The notes: generated by a model from the letters alone, not told the origin. 64,000 bases of DNA from Octopus sinensis (GCF_006345805.1 NC_043003.1:46624001-46688000); one strand, 5' to 3'. Numbered from the stretch's first letter, positions 38,403 to 50,880 are shown. A program made the numbers and translations.

Positions 38403-38947
38403 GGATCAAAACAATTTGATTTAGTTTCGACGGTACTCCGAGTTTCAAGCGTGATGCTAGTCTTCAGTCATTTTAAATTTGAATGAAAGAAGTTGATCAT
38501 TATTACCGTAAAGTAGGCTGAGATTTAATCGAGGAAGGTCACGTGATTTCGTGGTTTTATATTGGTGTATCGATATATCAGCGACAACAGTGAAAATATC
38601 GCATGGGAAATACTGTTGGAAAATACCGTATGGTGAAAATGAAATCGACCGCGTGGTGGACAGGAAATCGATCGGGTTGTTGGAGGAGAAGTAGGAAGGC
38701 GCGATATGTGCAAGCATATAGTTGTATATGTGGGTATGTGGACGTGCTCATATGGTTTTGCGTGCATGTCTGTATTGATGCGAGAGTCCGCATCTGTACA
38801 CGGGCGCACACGCACCCCACGCACACACATACACACAAACATGCGCACATATGAAGGAACATGCACGCACACAAACATACATGGCTGAAGACTACCATCG
38901 CACTTGAAACTCGGAGTACCAAGATTTTGAATCGAGCTGTTTTGACT
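38403..38947. mobile_element. Element with ~68-bp imperfect inverted arms, each carrying a degenerate hammerhead-like core (Penelope-like or MITE)
   Basis: 38403-38470 is the approximate reverse complement of 38881-38947. Each arm reads CTGAAGA-N14-GAAACTCGGAG-TA-CC outward. Confidence 0.55.
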
Positions 38948-39133
38948 TATACATGTAACTCCCAATAAATTTGTTGAGTGCCCTTGTATCGTTTGTCCAC
39001 TCACTTGTATATATATATATATATATATATATTGATAAAAACCGTAAGATAACAAAAGAAAGAAAGAGACCTCGATATTATGTAAATAGAGGAATGTATC
39101 TGTAAATGTAATATGTGACAATTATTCGGTAGC

Positions 39134-39198
39134 CAAGATAAAACTCCGAGTTTCGGATGCCGAGGTGGAAATCCACGCCACCATCTCTTCAGTTATCC
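39134..39198 (-). ncRNA. Type I hammerhead ribozyme motif (left arm)
   Basis: GGATAA-CTGAAGA-GATG..GTGG(ATTT)CCAC..CATC-C-GAAA-CTC(G)GAG-TT-TTATCT. Confidence 0.65.
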
Positions 39199-39345
39199 GG
39201 CGATCGGAAAAACGACGTTTCAGTTTCCGTCTACCGAATCTACTCACAAATCTCACAAAGTAGGAGATACTTGCCCAAGGTGCCACGCAGCAAGACTAAA
39301 TCCAATACCGTGTGGTTGGGAAGCACAGCCACGCCTATATATATA

Positions 39346-39412
39346 TAGGATAACTGAAGAGATGGTGGCGTGGATTTCCACCTCGGCATTCGAAACTCGG
39401 AGTTTTATCTTG
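39346..39412 (+). ncRNA. Type I hammerhead ribozyme motif (right arm)
   Basis: Stem I (TA)GGATAA/TTATCT(TG), intact CUGAAGA (39354-39360), long stem II, GAAA (39392-39395), stem III ACTC/GAGT and a GUU cleavage triplet after 39404. Confidence 0.7.
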
Positions 39413-39815
39413 GCTACCGAATAATTGTCACATATTACATTTTCAGATATATATACTCTTTTGTCTCTTTTACTTGTTTCAGTCATTTGACTGCGGCCAT
39501 GCTGGAGCACCGCCTTTAGTCGAGCAAATCGACCCCGGGACTTATTCTATCGGTTTTCTTTTGCCGAACCGCTAAGTGACGGGGACGTTAACACACCAAC
39601 ATCGGTTGTCAAGCAATGCTAGGGGGACAAACACACACACACAAACACATATATATACACATATATACGACAGGCTTCTTTCAGTTTCCGTCTACCAAAT
39701 CCACTCACAAGGCATTGGTCGGCCCGGGGCTATAGCAGAAGACACTTACCCAAGATGCCACGCAGTGAGACTAAACCCGAACCCATGTGATTGGTTAGCA
39801 AGCTTCTTACCACAC

Positions 39816-39898
<83 letters not shown>

Positions 39899-39930
39899 AC
39901 ATACACACACACATATATATATAGGCGTGG

Positions 39931-39964
<34 letters not shown>

Positions 39965-40259
39965 GGCGTGGCTATGCTTCCCAACCACATGGTATCGGTT
40001 TTAGTCTTGCTGAGTGGCACCTTGGGCAAGTGTCTCTTACTTTGTGAGATTTGTGAGTAGATTCGACGGACGGAAACTAAAAGAAGCCCGTCGAATGCGT
40101 ATTGACAACCGGTCCTCGATTTGTTTATGTCCACGTAATTGAGCAGTTCAGCATAAAAACCCTATAAAATAAGTACCTGCTTTAAAAAGTACAGGGTTCG
40201 ATTATTTCGACGAAATCTCTCGAAGGTGGTGCCCTAGCCTGACCGCAGTCCAATGACTG

Positions 40260-40565
40260 AGTGTTTCGGTTGATCCGATCAACCGAATAACTCAGCAGAC
40301 ACGTATATCACTCCGAAGACACGTATATCACTACGCAGACACGTATATCTTCAACTTGTTTCTCAGGGAGATTCAGCGGGACACAGAATGTGACAAGGCT
40401 GGCCCCTTTGAAATACAGATACAACTCATTTTTACCAGTTGAATGGGCTGGTGCAACGAGAAATACAGTGTCTTGCTCAAGGACACAACACGCCGCCAGG
40501 AATCGAACACACCACCTAACAATCATATGGCGAATATCCTAACCCCTAAACCACGCGCCTTCACT
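40260..40565 (-). mobile_element. tRNA-derived SINE (family 3; GTGTCCTTGAGCAAGACAC core)
   Basis: Minus-strand head GTGAAGGCGCGTGG..TAGGG..GTTCGATTCC; related copies at 43960-44225, 51500-51775, 55555-55765 and 59200-59445. Confidence 0.75.
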
Positions 40566-41091
40566 GAAATATTAGATTAGACCTCCAGAGAAAAGCATAT
40601 TCATAAGCTTGCACAACAGATGTTACTGTAACTGAGAGGATAACGATTCTGACTCATCTGGAGTCATCTGGAGACCATCTGAGTCATCTGGAGACCAGAA
40701 TCACCCCACCACCACTGGATGGTTCCATTCAATAATTTTTTTTTTAACTTTTACTTGTTTCAGCCATTAGACCATGGTCATGCTGCAGCACTGCCTTGAA
40801 ACATTACTTTTAGTCGAATGAAGCGACCCCACTACCTTTTTTCTTTAAAGTCTGGTACTTATTTTATATCGTTCTCTTTTGCTGAGCCTCTAAGTTACGT
40901 GGACGTAACACACCCGTACACCAGTGTGCGTGTGTATATATGTGTATGTGTATATGTATGTATATGAGTGTAAGACTTTGTCTTAGTGCGACTTTCATGC
41001 ACACGTCTCCTTCATTTACACGGATATGCATATGTTTATATATGTGCGAGTGTAGGTGTGTGATATTTAGGTGTATATATATATATATGTG

Positions 41092-41126
<35 letters not shown>

Positions 41127-41142
41127 CTGTACGTACGTTTGC

Positions 41143-41191
<49 letters not shown>

Positions 41192-41469
41192 GTGTGTGTG
41201 TGTGTACTAAGTACTGACTCGAGTTCTAACACCCAGTTATCTGGTTTCCATGTTTAACCAACTGTGATTACAGCATTTCCCCTAAACCGTTCGCCAGCCC
41301 GATCTTGAGAAACGAGTATTCAGGAATGTTAGTTACAATCCTTGACCAGATACCAAAGGAGAAAACATCTAAATCCAACCTGATTAAAAATAGGCGCAGA
41401 CATGGTTTTTGGTGGTAAAGTTTGCTTCCTAACCGCATATATTATATATATATATATAATATATATATA

Positions 41470-41730
41470 TATACAAAAAGCAAAAAAGATTCAAGTTAAT
41501 TTAATGAATTTACTTGAATATGGTACCTAACTTAGATGCACCAAAAAAAACTATACTGTTTTAACAATACAGTAATGTGGGGTGATTATAAGCGAGAAAG
41601 AAGCAACAAAATGGATAGGTTTTAGTACAATCGTTTCATACAAGGACAGGCTTTATTAAAAGTTGCAAAAATTACAGCATATAAACGTGTCCCGTACTCA
41701 TCAGCTAAAATACATGTGAGTTCTCTAGAC
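41470..41730 (-). mobile_element. Penelope-like pseudo-LTR fragment beside a (TA)n tract
   Basis: Starts at a (TA)n tract and contains a complete hammerhead motif. Confidence 0.55.
41620..41709 (-). ncRNA. Type I hammerhead ribozyme motif with long loop II
   Basis: TTTTAG-CTGATGA-GTACGGGACA(38-nt loop)TGTCCTTGTAT-GAAA-C(GATT)G-TA-CTAAAA; GUA cleavage site between 41626 and 41625. Confidence 0.72.
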
Positions 41731-42167
41731 ATCCTAGTGGTTGAGGCTATACTCATGAAGTAATGTAGATAATGTGTGTGTGTGTGATAGAGAGAGAGAA
41801 GGAGAGTGTGTGTGAGAGAGACAGAGACAAACAGAGAGAATCGAGTGTGAGTACTGCATGAATTGAGGCTGCGACCAGCTCATATTTACTCTCATTATGA
41901 CATATGTTACATCAATCACATCAATCACATTATGTCGCAGATATGAGGGTACGCTTAAGAAATCGACCTATATATATTATATGAGTAAATATGAGCTGGT
42001 CGCAGCCTCAATTCATGCAGTACTCACACTCGATTCTCTCTGTTTGTCTCTGTCTCTCTCACACACACACTCTCCTTCTCTCTCTCTATCACACACACAC
42101 ACACTCTCTCTCCTCCTCCTCCTCCTCCTCCTCTCTCTCTCTCTCCTCCTCCTCCCCTCTCTCTCTA

Positions 42168-42212
<45 letters not shown>

Positions 42213-42842
42213 TACACTTTCTGTTCTTCATACACTTTCTCTTCCCCCCTCCCTTTCTTTGGGCATCTAATCTAAATCTTTCCTTTAATAAGAATTCGTT
42301 TTGTGTTGTAAATCATTTGCAAAAGATAAACAACGTCGATGATAACGATGATAACAAGATCTGTCTAGTGAGAAACATGTGTCAATGAAAGTCAGAAGGA
42401 CAATTTCAAATGATTCTAGAATTGGAGTAGGTGCAGGAAGGGCGAGAATAATACGTAAAAGAGAAGTCAGGAGGAGAAGGTGATGGAGGGAGTGATAGAC
42501 TTGGAAGGGAAGACATGATGTTACACACTTACACACAGACTCACACACACACACATACACACACACATATGTATGTATGTGTGTAGGTAGGTATATATGT
42601 ATACTTTTACGTACACGTCATACGTGCGTGTACGAGTGCGTGTATGGAAGACAGTGGAAGGGGATGTGTAATGATTAGAAAATTGATTGAAACTCAATAT
42701 GAAGGGGTCGTCCGCTTTAATGAAACATGGAGACACACTTCTGCCCACCTCCCATAATGAAAAACAACAGGATAAGGAAGATACGAAGATAGCAATGGGA
42801 GTAACATGTTGTGGGTAATAGTTATTGCTGGATGTATTACTG

Positions 42843-42966
42843 GTAGTGGTGGTGGTGGTGGTGGTGGTGGTGGTGGTGGTGGTGGTGGTGGTGTTGTTGC
42901 TGTTGTTGTTGTTGTTGTTGTTGTTGTTGTGTTGTTGTTGTTGTTGTTGTGTTGTGTTGTTGTTGT

Positions 42967-42997
<31 letters not shown>

Positions 42998-43030
42998 GAC
43001 GATGACGACGGCTGCGGCGGCAGCGGTGAC
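42843..43030. repeat. Compound triplet microsatellite (GGT)n(GTT)n(GAT)n(GAC/GCG)
   Basis: Direct inspection. Confidence 0.95.
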
Positions 43031-43624
43031 GGCGACGACAACAGTGTTGGTTTGTTGGCACACCCGTAACATAGTGGTTCGGCAAAGGTAACCGATAAAG
43101 TAACGGGGTTTAAAAAAAAATACCCTGGAGTCGATTTGCTCGACCAAACCTTTTAAGGCCGCGCCCTAGCATGGCTGCAGTGCAATGACCTAAGCAAGGA
43201 AAACATAAAGGGTAGGAGATATGTGGGTACAGAACGGTAATAAGAAATTGGAATGACAAAAGAATAAAGAATTATGTTATGCACTACATTAGCTTAAGTA
43301 TATATTCCCAGATAAATTGGTCTTCATATTTGAGGTTCCAATGAAGCTATGGTATGATAGTCAAGCACTCAACTATGAGTGCGTTGCACCTTATAGCAGA
43401 AACAACTGCAAGCTAATGAAGTCCACAACATAGTTGTTTATTTCTTTGTCATCCCAATTTTTAATATAGCCGTAGCTGTGTGGTAAGAAGCTTGCTTCCC
43501 AACCACATGGTTCCTGGTTCAGTCTTATTGCGTGGCACCTTGGGCAAGTGTCTTCTACTATAGCCTCGGGCCGACCAAAGCCTCGTGAGTGGATTTGGTA
43601 GACGGAAACTGAAAGAAGCCCATC

Positions 43625-43664
<40 letters not shown>

Positions 43665-46419
43665 TATGTGTGTCTGCATATTTGTGTCTATGCTTGTCCC
43701 CCCACCATCGCTTGATAACCGATGTTGGTGTGTTTACTTTCCCGTGATTAGCGGTTCAGCAAAAGAGACCGATAGAGTACGTACTAAGTTACAAAGAATA
43801 AATCCTGGTGTCTATTTCTTCGATTAAAACACCCTTTAACGCAGTGCTCCAACATGGCCGCAGTCAAATGATTGAAACAAGTTAATGAATAAAAGAAAAC
43901 ATCGATTTGACATATGAACACTCAGTTGCTCGACCAACTGGACCACCTACTGATGTGTTAGCAAACAAAATGGCTGAGTATTCCACGGGCTTGTGTACTC
44001 TTAGCGTTATTCTCTGGTAAAATCAAGGTACACAAATGTGACAATGTTAAACCTTTGAATTGCAGGTGCATTCCATCCGACACGCTCTTATACAATTTCT
44101 GTTCACCCAAATTCACTAGCAGTGTTTGGGTCGTCCCTAGACTAGTATATGCACTTGCCTGAGATGCCATGCAAAGGGATCGAAACCAGGACTTTACAAC
44201 TGCAAATTGAACTTCTTAACTAAAGAATGGTAATAATACCTTCTACTATAGGTACAAGGCCTAGAATTTGTGAGGAGGCGATATCTGGTTTCATCCACCC
44301 CAATATTTAACTGGTACTTCATTTATCGACCCCGAAAATATAAAAGGCAAAGTCGACCTAGGCGGAATTTTAACATAAAGACAGACGAAATGCATATTTC
44401 TTTACTACCCACAAGGGGTTAAACATAGATGGGACATACAAGGACAGACAAACGGATTAAATCGATTATATCGATCCCAGTGCGTAACTGGTACTTATTT
44501 AATCGACCCCGAAGGGATGAAAGGCGAAGTCGACCTCGGCGGAATTTGAACTCAGAACGTAGCGGCAGACGAAATACCTATTTCTTTATTGCCCACAAGG
44601 GGCTAAACACAGAGAGGACAAACAAGGACAGACAAACGGATTAAGTTGATTACATTGATCCCAGTGCGTAACTGGTACTTAATTTATCGACCCTGAAAGG
44701 ATGAAAGGCAAATTCGACCTCGGCGGAATTTGAACTCAGAGCATAACGGCAGACGAAATACGGCTAACGTGCATATGACTATATATTATCGATTGGAATA
44801 TATGAGCACATATCAAGAAAGAATTTGTTTGCTGGTGTAATAAACAAAAGCTTCGAGCGCCTGTTAGATTTATTAGTCAGGGACTCTTTGGCCGAAAAAA
44901 CACAATGATATCGAAACACTGAATATTCCAAAGTCTCTTGTGCTAATTAACGGGTGTGCTGTGAACACGTCTTTGTTGTAAAGGAGAAACTGTTTTCTTG
45001 TGATGAAACACGACAGCGATTAGTATATTCATGTTCGAATATGCCGGAATGTATTAAGAATGAATATGCGAGCCATCATTTCTATTCTCGCAGTTAACTG
45101 AACATATGACGTTATATTTATAAAAATTGTCGCTAATATACAGACCGGTGAAGTGTAGAAATTTATATCGGAAAACAACAGACCGAACGGAAAATATTGA
45201 GAGATTAGTTTATGTCTTTTGATCGGCAAAACACTTTCACGAATATGATCAAATAATGAAAATTAATATTTTCTTTCAATTATAGACACGAGACCTGAAT
45301 TTTGGGGGATGGGTGCTAGTAGATTACATCGACCCCAGTACTCAAATGGTACTTAAGGAAGGCAAAGTAGACCTTGGTGGAATTTGAACTCAAAAATGTA
45401 AAGTCGAAGAAATGTCACAAAGCATTTTTTTTTTCGTCTAGCGTCATAACGATTCTACCAGCTCACCGCCATAACTGCAGTTAATAACGCTTTCAAGTTT
45501 TGGCAGACGACCAGCAAATTTAGGGGAGGGAGTTTAAATCAATTACATTGATCCCTGTATTCAACTGGTACTTATTTCATTTACCCGAAAGAACGTAAAG
45601 GCGGACAGAATGCCGCCTAATTATTTTGCCTGGCGAGCTGGCAGAATCGTTGGCGCGCCGGGTAAAATGCTAAGCGACATTTTGTCCATCTTTAAGTTCT
45701 GAGTTCAAATTCCGCCGAAGTCGACTTTGCCTTTCATCCCTTTCGTGTTCGATAAAATAAGTACCAGTTGAGCACTGGGGTTGATATAAACGACTTATTC
45801 CCTACCTGAACTTACTGGACTTGTGCCAAAATTTGAAACCAATATTACAAAACGATTTAAAACCAAAGCGAGAGAGAGAGTGAACGGAGGAGAACGAAAG
45901 ACAGAAAGGAATAAAGAAAGAGAGTCAGGAAGAAAGACGGGGAAAGATATGAAAAACAGAGGGAGACTGGGTAGAAAGGTTTTATCAATTAATGAAAGGC
46001 CTCAACAGATAAGTCACTGAATAAAACACTGTCGGGTGAACTATTCATTCTTCACATGCTGGTCTTGTGACTCCCTCTCTCTCCCTCTCCCCCTCTCTCT
46101 CTCTCTCTCTCTCAGACACGCGCGCTCGCGCAAACAAATAAAATAGACATACACAGACACACATACATATGCATTGGCAATTATACGTACATTCATGTGT
46201 AAAGCCAGACAAGCAGATTTATATACATGCATGCACAGTCGTGGGTGTGTTCAAGAGATTCCCTATACAACCATGTAATTCCGGGTTCGATCCCCCTGAT
46301 GCAACTTCCGTCAAGCATTTTCTACTACAGTGCTGAATGATGACGTTTGAAGAATAATTGCTATACGAGAACCGTGCAGCGGCATCCCATAAGATATGTG
46401 CGTGTGCGTGTGTGTGTGT

Positions 46420-46464
<45 letters not shown>

Positions 46465-47452
46465 CATGTATGTATATATATACATAATCAAAATAAGCAA
46501 CAGGATATCAAGAAGTGATGTAGTACAACTGTTTCAAGCGGCTCCATTTAATTGAACAATACAATCATTACATCAATTTAAATTCAGTGCTATATTCAGC
46601 TGCTCAAATAAATAGAATTTTAACCAGTCGGACGCATTAATATAATTTTTCTTTATGTACACATGTGTGTGTGTGTGTGTGTGTATCATTGTTCATATAC
46701 ACATGCATACGACAAGCTTCTTTCACTTTCGGTCTACTCACAAGGCTTTCCTCGGCCCAAGGCTTTAGTAGACGACACTTGCCCAAGGTGGCACGCAGTG
46801 GGACTGAATCTGGAACATGTGGTTGGGAAGCAAGCTTCTTACTAAAGAACCATGCTTATATATGTGTGTATGTGTGCATGTGTACTTTTTGTGTGTGAGT
46901 ATATACTTGTGTGTGTGTGTGTTTGTGTGTGCTGGCTCGCGCGCATGTGTGTGCACGTATGTATGTATATGTGTGTGTCTATACACACACATATACATAC
47001 ATTTATGTGTGTGTGTAAACCGGTGTCGAGTTGTCTTGCTGTGTCAAAACCATAAGTTAGAAGTGCGATAAACAGACATCGATAAAATAGATGCTAGACT
47101 GTGCTGGAATCGACTTGTTTGGCCAAAGCCTTGAAAACGGTGCTCCAGCATGATCACTGTCCATCGGCTGAAACTATAAAAGAATACATCGGCAACGGCG
47201 GACTTCTGCAGCTCTCGACTCATATATTTCACTCAGAAGGCATCGATCAGCCTATTTGCTCGAGGTACCTCACCGTAGAATGGAGCACGGAACCAGCGTT
47301 TTGCGAAACGAACTTCTTAATGGCACAGTAAATTCTGCGTGCAATAATTGCTGAAGAAATTAGATATTCTATTCATGGTTTGACCAACGATATTTACATG
47401 AAATTGCCAAGTCATCTTCAGTGTACAGAGCCGGGCTTTGAGAGGTTCAAAA

Positions 47453-47764
47453 TCAAAGGCCTGGCAATTTCAAAGCGTTGATGGCAAACGTTAAGTCGCT
47501 AACGAAAAGCTCTATGTCGTTTGTTTCCTTTCGACAAGAAGTAAATTTCACCTCATTGAGAATTGTTTTGCATTCGTCATTTAGAACATGTATATATGCC
47601 TGATTATTCTCACTGCTATTGATTTTATTTGGGTCATTTCCCTTACATAATTTTGTTTGTTGTTCAAATGGGGTCATGCTGTCAAATGCTTCACTGACAA
47701 GGTCCAAAAATGACCGAAACATGTCATCGCACCCATTAACAAAGATCAGAGTTTTTCTTTTTCC
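47453..47764 (-). CDS. Candidate terminal coding exon (103 aa, GKRKTLIFVNGCDD...ALKLPGL*), product unknown
   Basis: Non-repetitive 312-nt open frame preceded by the acceptor-like ATTATTTTCTTGAAG in phase 0; no recognised family. Confidence 0.3.
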   Translation of the reverse strand, partial: GKRKTLIFVNGCDDMFRSFLDLVSEAFDSMTPFEQQTKLCKGNDPNKINSSENNQAYIHVLNDECKTILNEVKFTSCRKETNDIELFVSDLTFAINALKLPGL

Positions 47765-47855
47765 CTTCAAGAAAATAATCAATATTTTAAAATTACGGAG
47801 ATGTACTTGCATAGCAAGTGATTTGATCTGAGATCGTGTGCTGAAACGAAAACAA

Positions 47856-48065
47856 TTGCAGCGTGGAAGGTGTTTGTAAGCCATTTAAGAAACACACAAA
47901 AAATCCGTGCTGCATCACGGAGATACAGCACGGATTTTTGTCAGTGAACAGGTCGCGATCTTAAAGCGACGAAAATATTTTGACAAATTAAACTCAAATG
48001 TTGAAGTGAATCGAATGGCTTTTGTGTGTTTCTTAAATGGCTTACAATCACCTTCCACGCTGCAA
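47856..48065. mobile_element. MITE with ~46-bp TIRs and an internal hairpin
   Basis: TTGCAGCGTGGAAGGTGTTTGTAAGCCATTTAAGAAACACACAAAA matches the reverse complement of 48020-48065; inner palindrome AAAAATCCGTGCTG..CAGCACGGATTTTT. Confidence 0.85.
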
Positions 48066-48989
48066 TATTTTAAAAGTAATTCGTAAATTCTTGAATTTAT
48101 CTGTCCCTTATTTTTTAGCTTCCCAAATGAATGCTGGTAGATTTCTGTTTTCTTCCTCTAATAAACAAATTTCAATTCCGTTAGACTATTTTTCGTACGT
48201 CATTCAGTACATCCATACACACTTGGTTTATCTACATATTAGATGTATTAAGATTATGACTTAGTATACAGTTTCCAGTACGACCGTCATTGTGTCAATG
48301 GCTTTTTAATTGATATCTAGAACTCGTGTCATGTTTTTGTAGCCGGCATCTCATTTTCGCTTCCTTATTGTCACTGATATTTATAAGCATGTATGTATGT
48401 ATGTATGTATGTATGTATGTATGTATGTATGTATGTATGCATGCTTGTAAGTGTGAGTGTGTGTTTGTGCGCGTACGAGTGTTTGTGTGTATGTGTATGT
48501 GTGTGTGCGCGTGTGTGTGCGCGTGTGTGTGTGAGTGTGTGTGTGTGTGTGTGCGCACACGCGTTTGTAATTAAATGGCTATATTATATAAACATATAAT
48601 TGCTGGTTTTCTGAATGAAGCGATGTGAGTATATATGTGTGTGTATACATACATACATATACACACATATGTGTATATATATATATAGTACATACATACA
48701 TACATACAGACATACATATGTGTATATATATGTAGTACATACATACATACACACCTATGTGTATATATGTGTGCGTGCGTGTGTGTGTGTGTGTGTGTGT
48801 AGTACATACATACGTACATACATATTATTGATATCACTTGCAATAAGGAAGCGAAATGAGATGCCAGCTTACAAAAATATGACACTCGCTAGAAATAACG
48901 GGCAATTTCTTTAAGTGATACTTTAACATCTTAAAAAGGAAAGAAGACAGTTATTCTATGTTCTAAAAATACCATTTTCGCACCCCAAA

Positions 48990-49335
48990 TAGAGGTAGCA
49001 GACAACTTCACCTATTTTGGAAGATCCATTAGCTGCAATGGAAACATGAAGGAAGAGCTTCATTGGAGATTGGGAAAGGTGTCAATCGCATTTCGCCAGG
49101 GTAGACAAACTTGGAAAAGCAAGAAAAATCCTCTAAAATCCAAAATATGGTTCTACAACATCGGTGTGATTTCTATATGAATATGATATGTGGCACCGGA
49201 AGACTAGCCAAGAAGAGAAACTGGACGTTTTTAATAGCAGATATTTCCAGAAAATATCAGACATCAAATGGAACAGTTTTATCAGTAACGAGGATGTCAG
49301 AAGAGCAGACCAATGCCTGGTACACATCATTTCCA
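48990..49335 (+). mobile_element. RTE-clade LINE fragment (post-RT region), pseudogenised
   Basis: IEVADNFTYFGRSIS..EELHWRLGKVSIAF..WKS..KSKIWFYN..EEKLDVFNSRYFQKI.DIKW..FISNEDV follows the RTE pattern FTYLGS..RIGKA..AF..KLD.F..I.W...SNE.V. Confidence 0.75.
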
Positions 49336-49666
49336 AAGGTCTTAACTTTCTGAGTTCAATTTCCACCGAGGTTAACTTTGCCTTTCATCTTTTCGGCGTC
49401 GATAAAATAAGTAGCAGTTGATCTCTAGAATTAATGTAATCGAGTTACCTCTTCCCCGCAAGTGCCATCTTAGTCTTTAAGTAGAACTTTCATGGGCAAC
49501 GGCGGCGCAAGGGACGTTCCTAGATGAATTGGCACTAGACGATCGACAGGGATATTCAGCTGGTAAATCTACGATGGAACGATGTACTGAGGGTGGCTGA
49601 AGGCCGAGTCTACTGCAGTTCTTTGACTGCTTTATATATTGCCCGATGCGAGAGCACCTAAATCTA

Positions 49667-49978
49667 AGTCTATCTAAGTAATGATCTTTACACGTCTGTG
49701 TAAGTAATGATCTTTAAACGTCTATGTAAGTAATGATCTTTAAAAGTCTATGTAAGTAATGATCTTTAAACGTCTATGTAAGTAATGATCTTTAAACGTC
49801 TGTGTAAGTAATGATCTTTAAACGTCTATGTAGGTAATGATCTTTAAACGTCTATGTAAGTAATGATCTTTAAAAGTCTATGTAAGTAATGATCTTTAAA
49901 AGTCTATGTAAGTAATGATCTTTAAAAGTCTATGTAAGTAATGACCTTTTAACGTTTGTGTAAGTAATAGTCTTTAAA
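49667..49978. repeat. 26-bp minisatellite, ~12 copies (AAGTAATGATCTTTAAACGTCTATGT)
   Basis: Exact 26-nt periodicity with no spacers. Confidence 0.95.
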
Positions 49979-50011
49979 AGAACAGATAACTTAGTCTGTG
50001 GCACTTTTTTC

Positions 50012-50062
50012 TTTTTTTTGCACCAAGGACCGGTTTCATGCAAGATAATTTTTTCCAAGGAG
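50012..50062 (+). mobile_element. hAT-Charlie-like 5' end fragment
   Basis: TTTTTGCACCAAGGACCGGTTTCATGCAAGATAATTTTTTCCA resembles recalled Charlie-type subterminal sequence. Confidence 0.4.
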
Positions 50063-50803
50063 CGGAGTGTCACACGCATATCAAAATACAGTAAAATTCT
50101 TTATATATAATTTAACTAAGGCAAACGTGCAGGCAGAATCGTTGCATGCCAGGCGAAATGTTTTGGAGCACTTCGTCTGTCTTTATGTTCTGAGTTTAGG
50201 TTGACTTTACCTTTCATCCTTTCGAAGTCGATAAAATAAATAACAGTTGCCCACTGAGATCGATGTAAGTGACTTACTCCTGCCCCTGCAATTTAAAACT
50301 AATATATGCAATACAGCTAAGATAGCGAGCTGGCAGAATTGCTAACACACCGGCACCGGACAAAATGCTAAGCGGCATTTCGTCCTTTTTTTATGTTCCA
50401 AAATCAAATTCCACCGAGGTCGATTTTGCCTTTCATTCTTTCGGTGTAAGTATCATTTGAGCACTGGGGACGACAAAATAGACTTACCCGCTCCACCAAA
50501 GTTTCTGGCCTTGTGCCAAAATTTGAAACCAACACACACACACACACATACACATATATATAATACAACTAAAGCAATGAGGTAACAGAATCATTAGCAC
50601 CTCGGGAAAAATGTTTAGCACCATTTCGCCCGTCTGTACATTCTAAGTTCAAATTGCATTGGACTTGACTAAAATAATAATAAAATAAAGATAATACAAA
50701 TAAGTTGAGCACTGAGTTCGCTGTAATTGACTTACCATATCTCCTGAAATTGCTGGGCTTGTGCCAACATTTGAAACCAAGATATGTATATATATATATA
50801 TAT

Positions 50804-50880
<77 letters not shown>

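Larger units (their letters stand above)
39097..39449. mobile_element. Inverted pair of ~102-bp Penelope-like pseudo-LTR segments around a SINE fragment
   Basis: 39097-39198 is the near-perfect reverse complement of 39348-39449; the centre (39205-39345) is a family-2 SINE head variant. Confidence 0.7.

Noticed and set aside
49667-49978. CRISPR-like regular repeat
   Set aside because: Units are contiguous 26-mers with no unique spacers, in a eukaryotic context with no cas genes.
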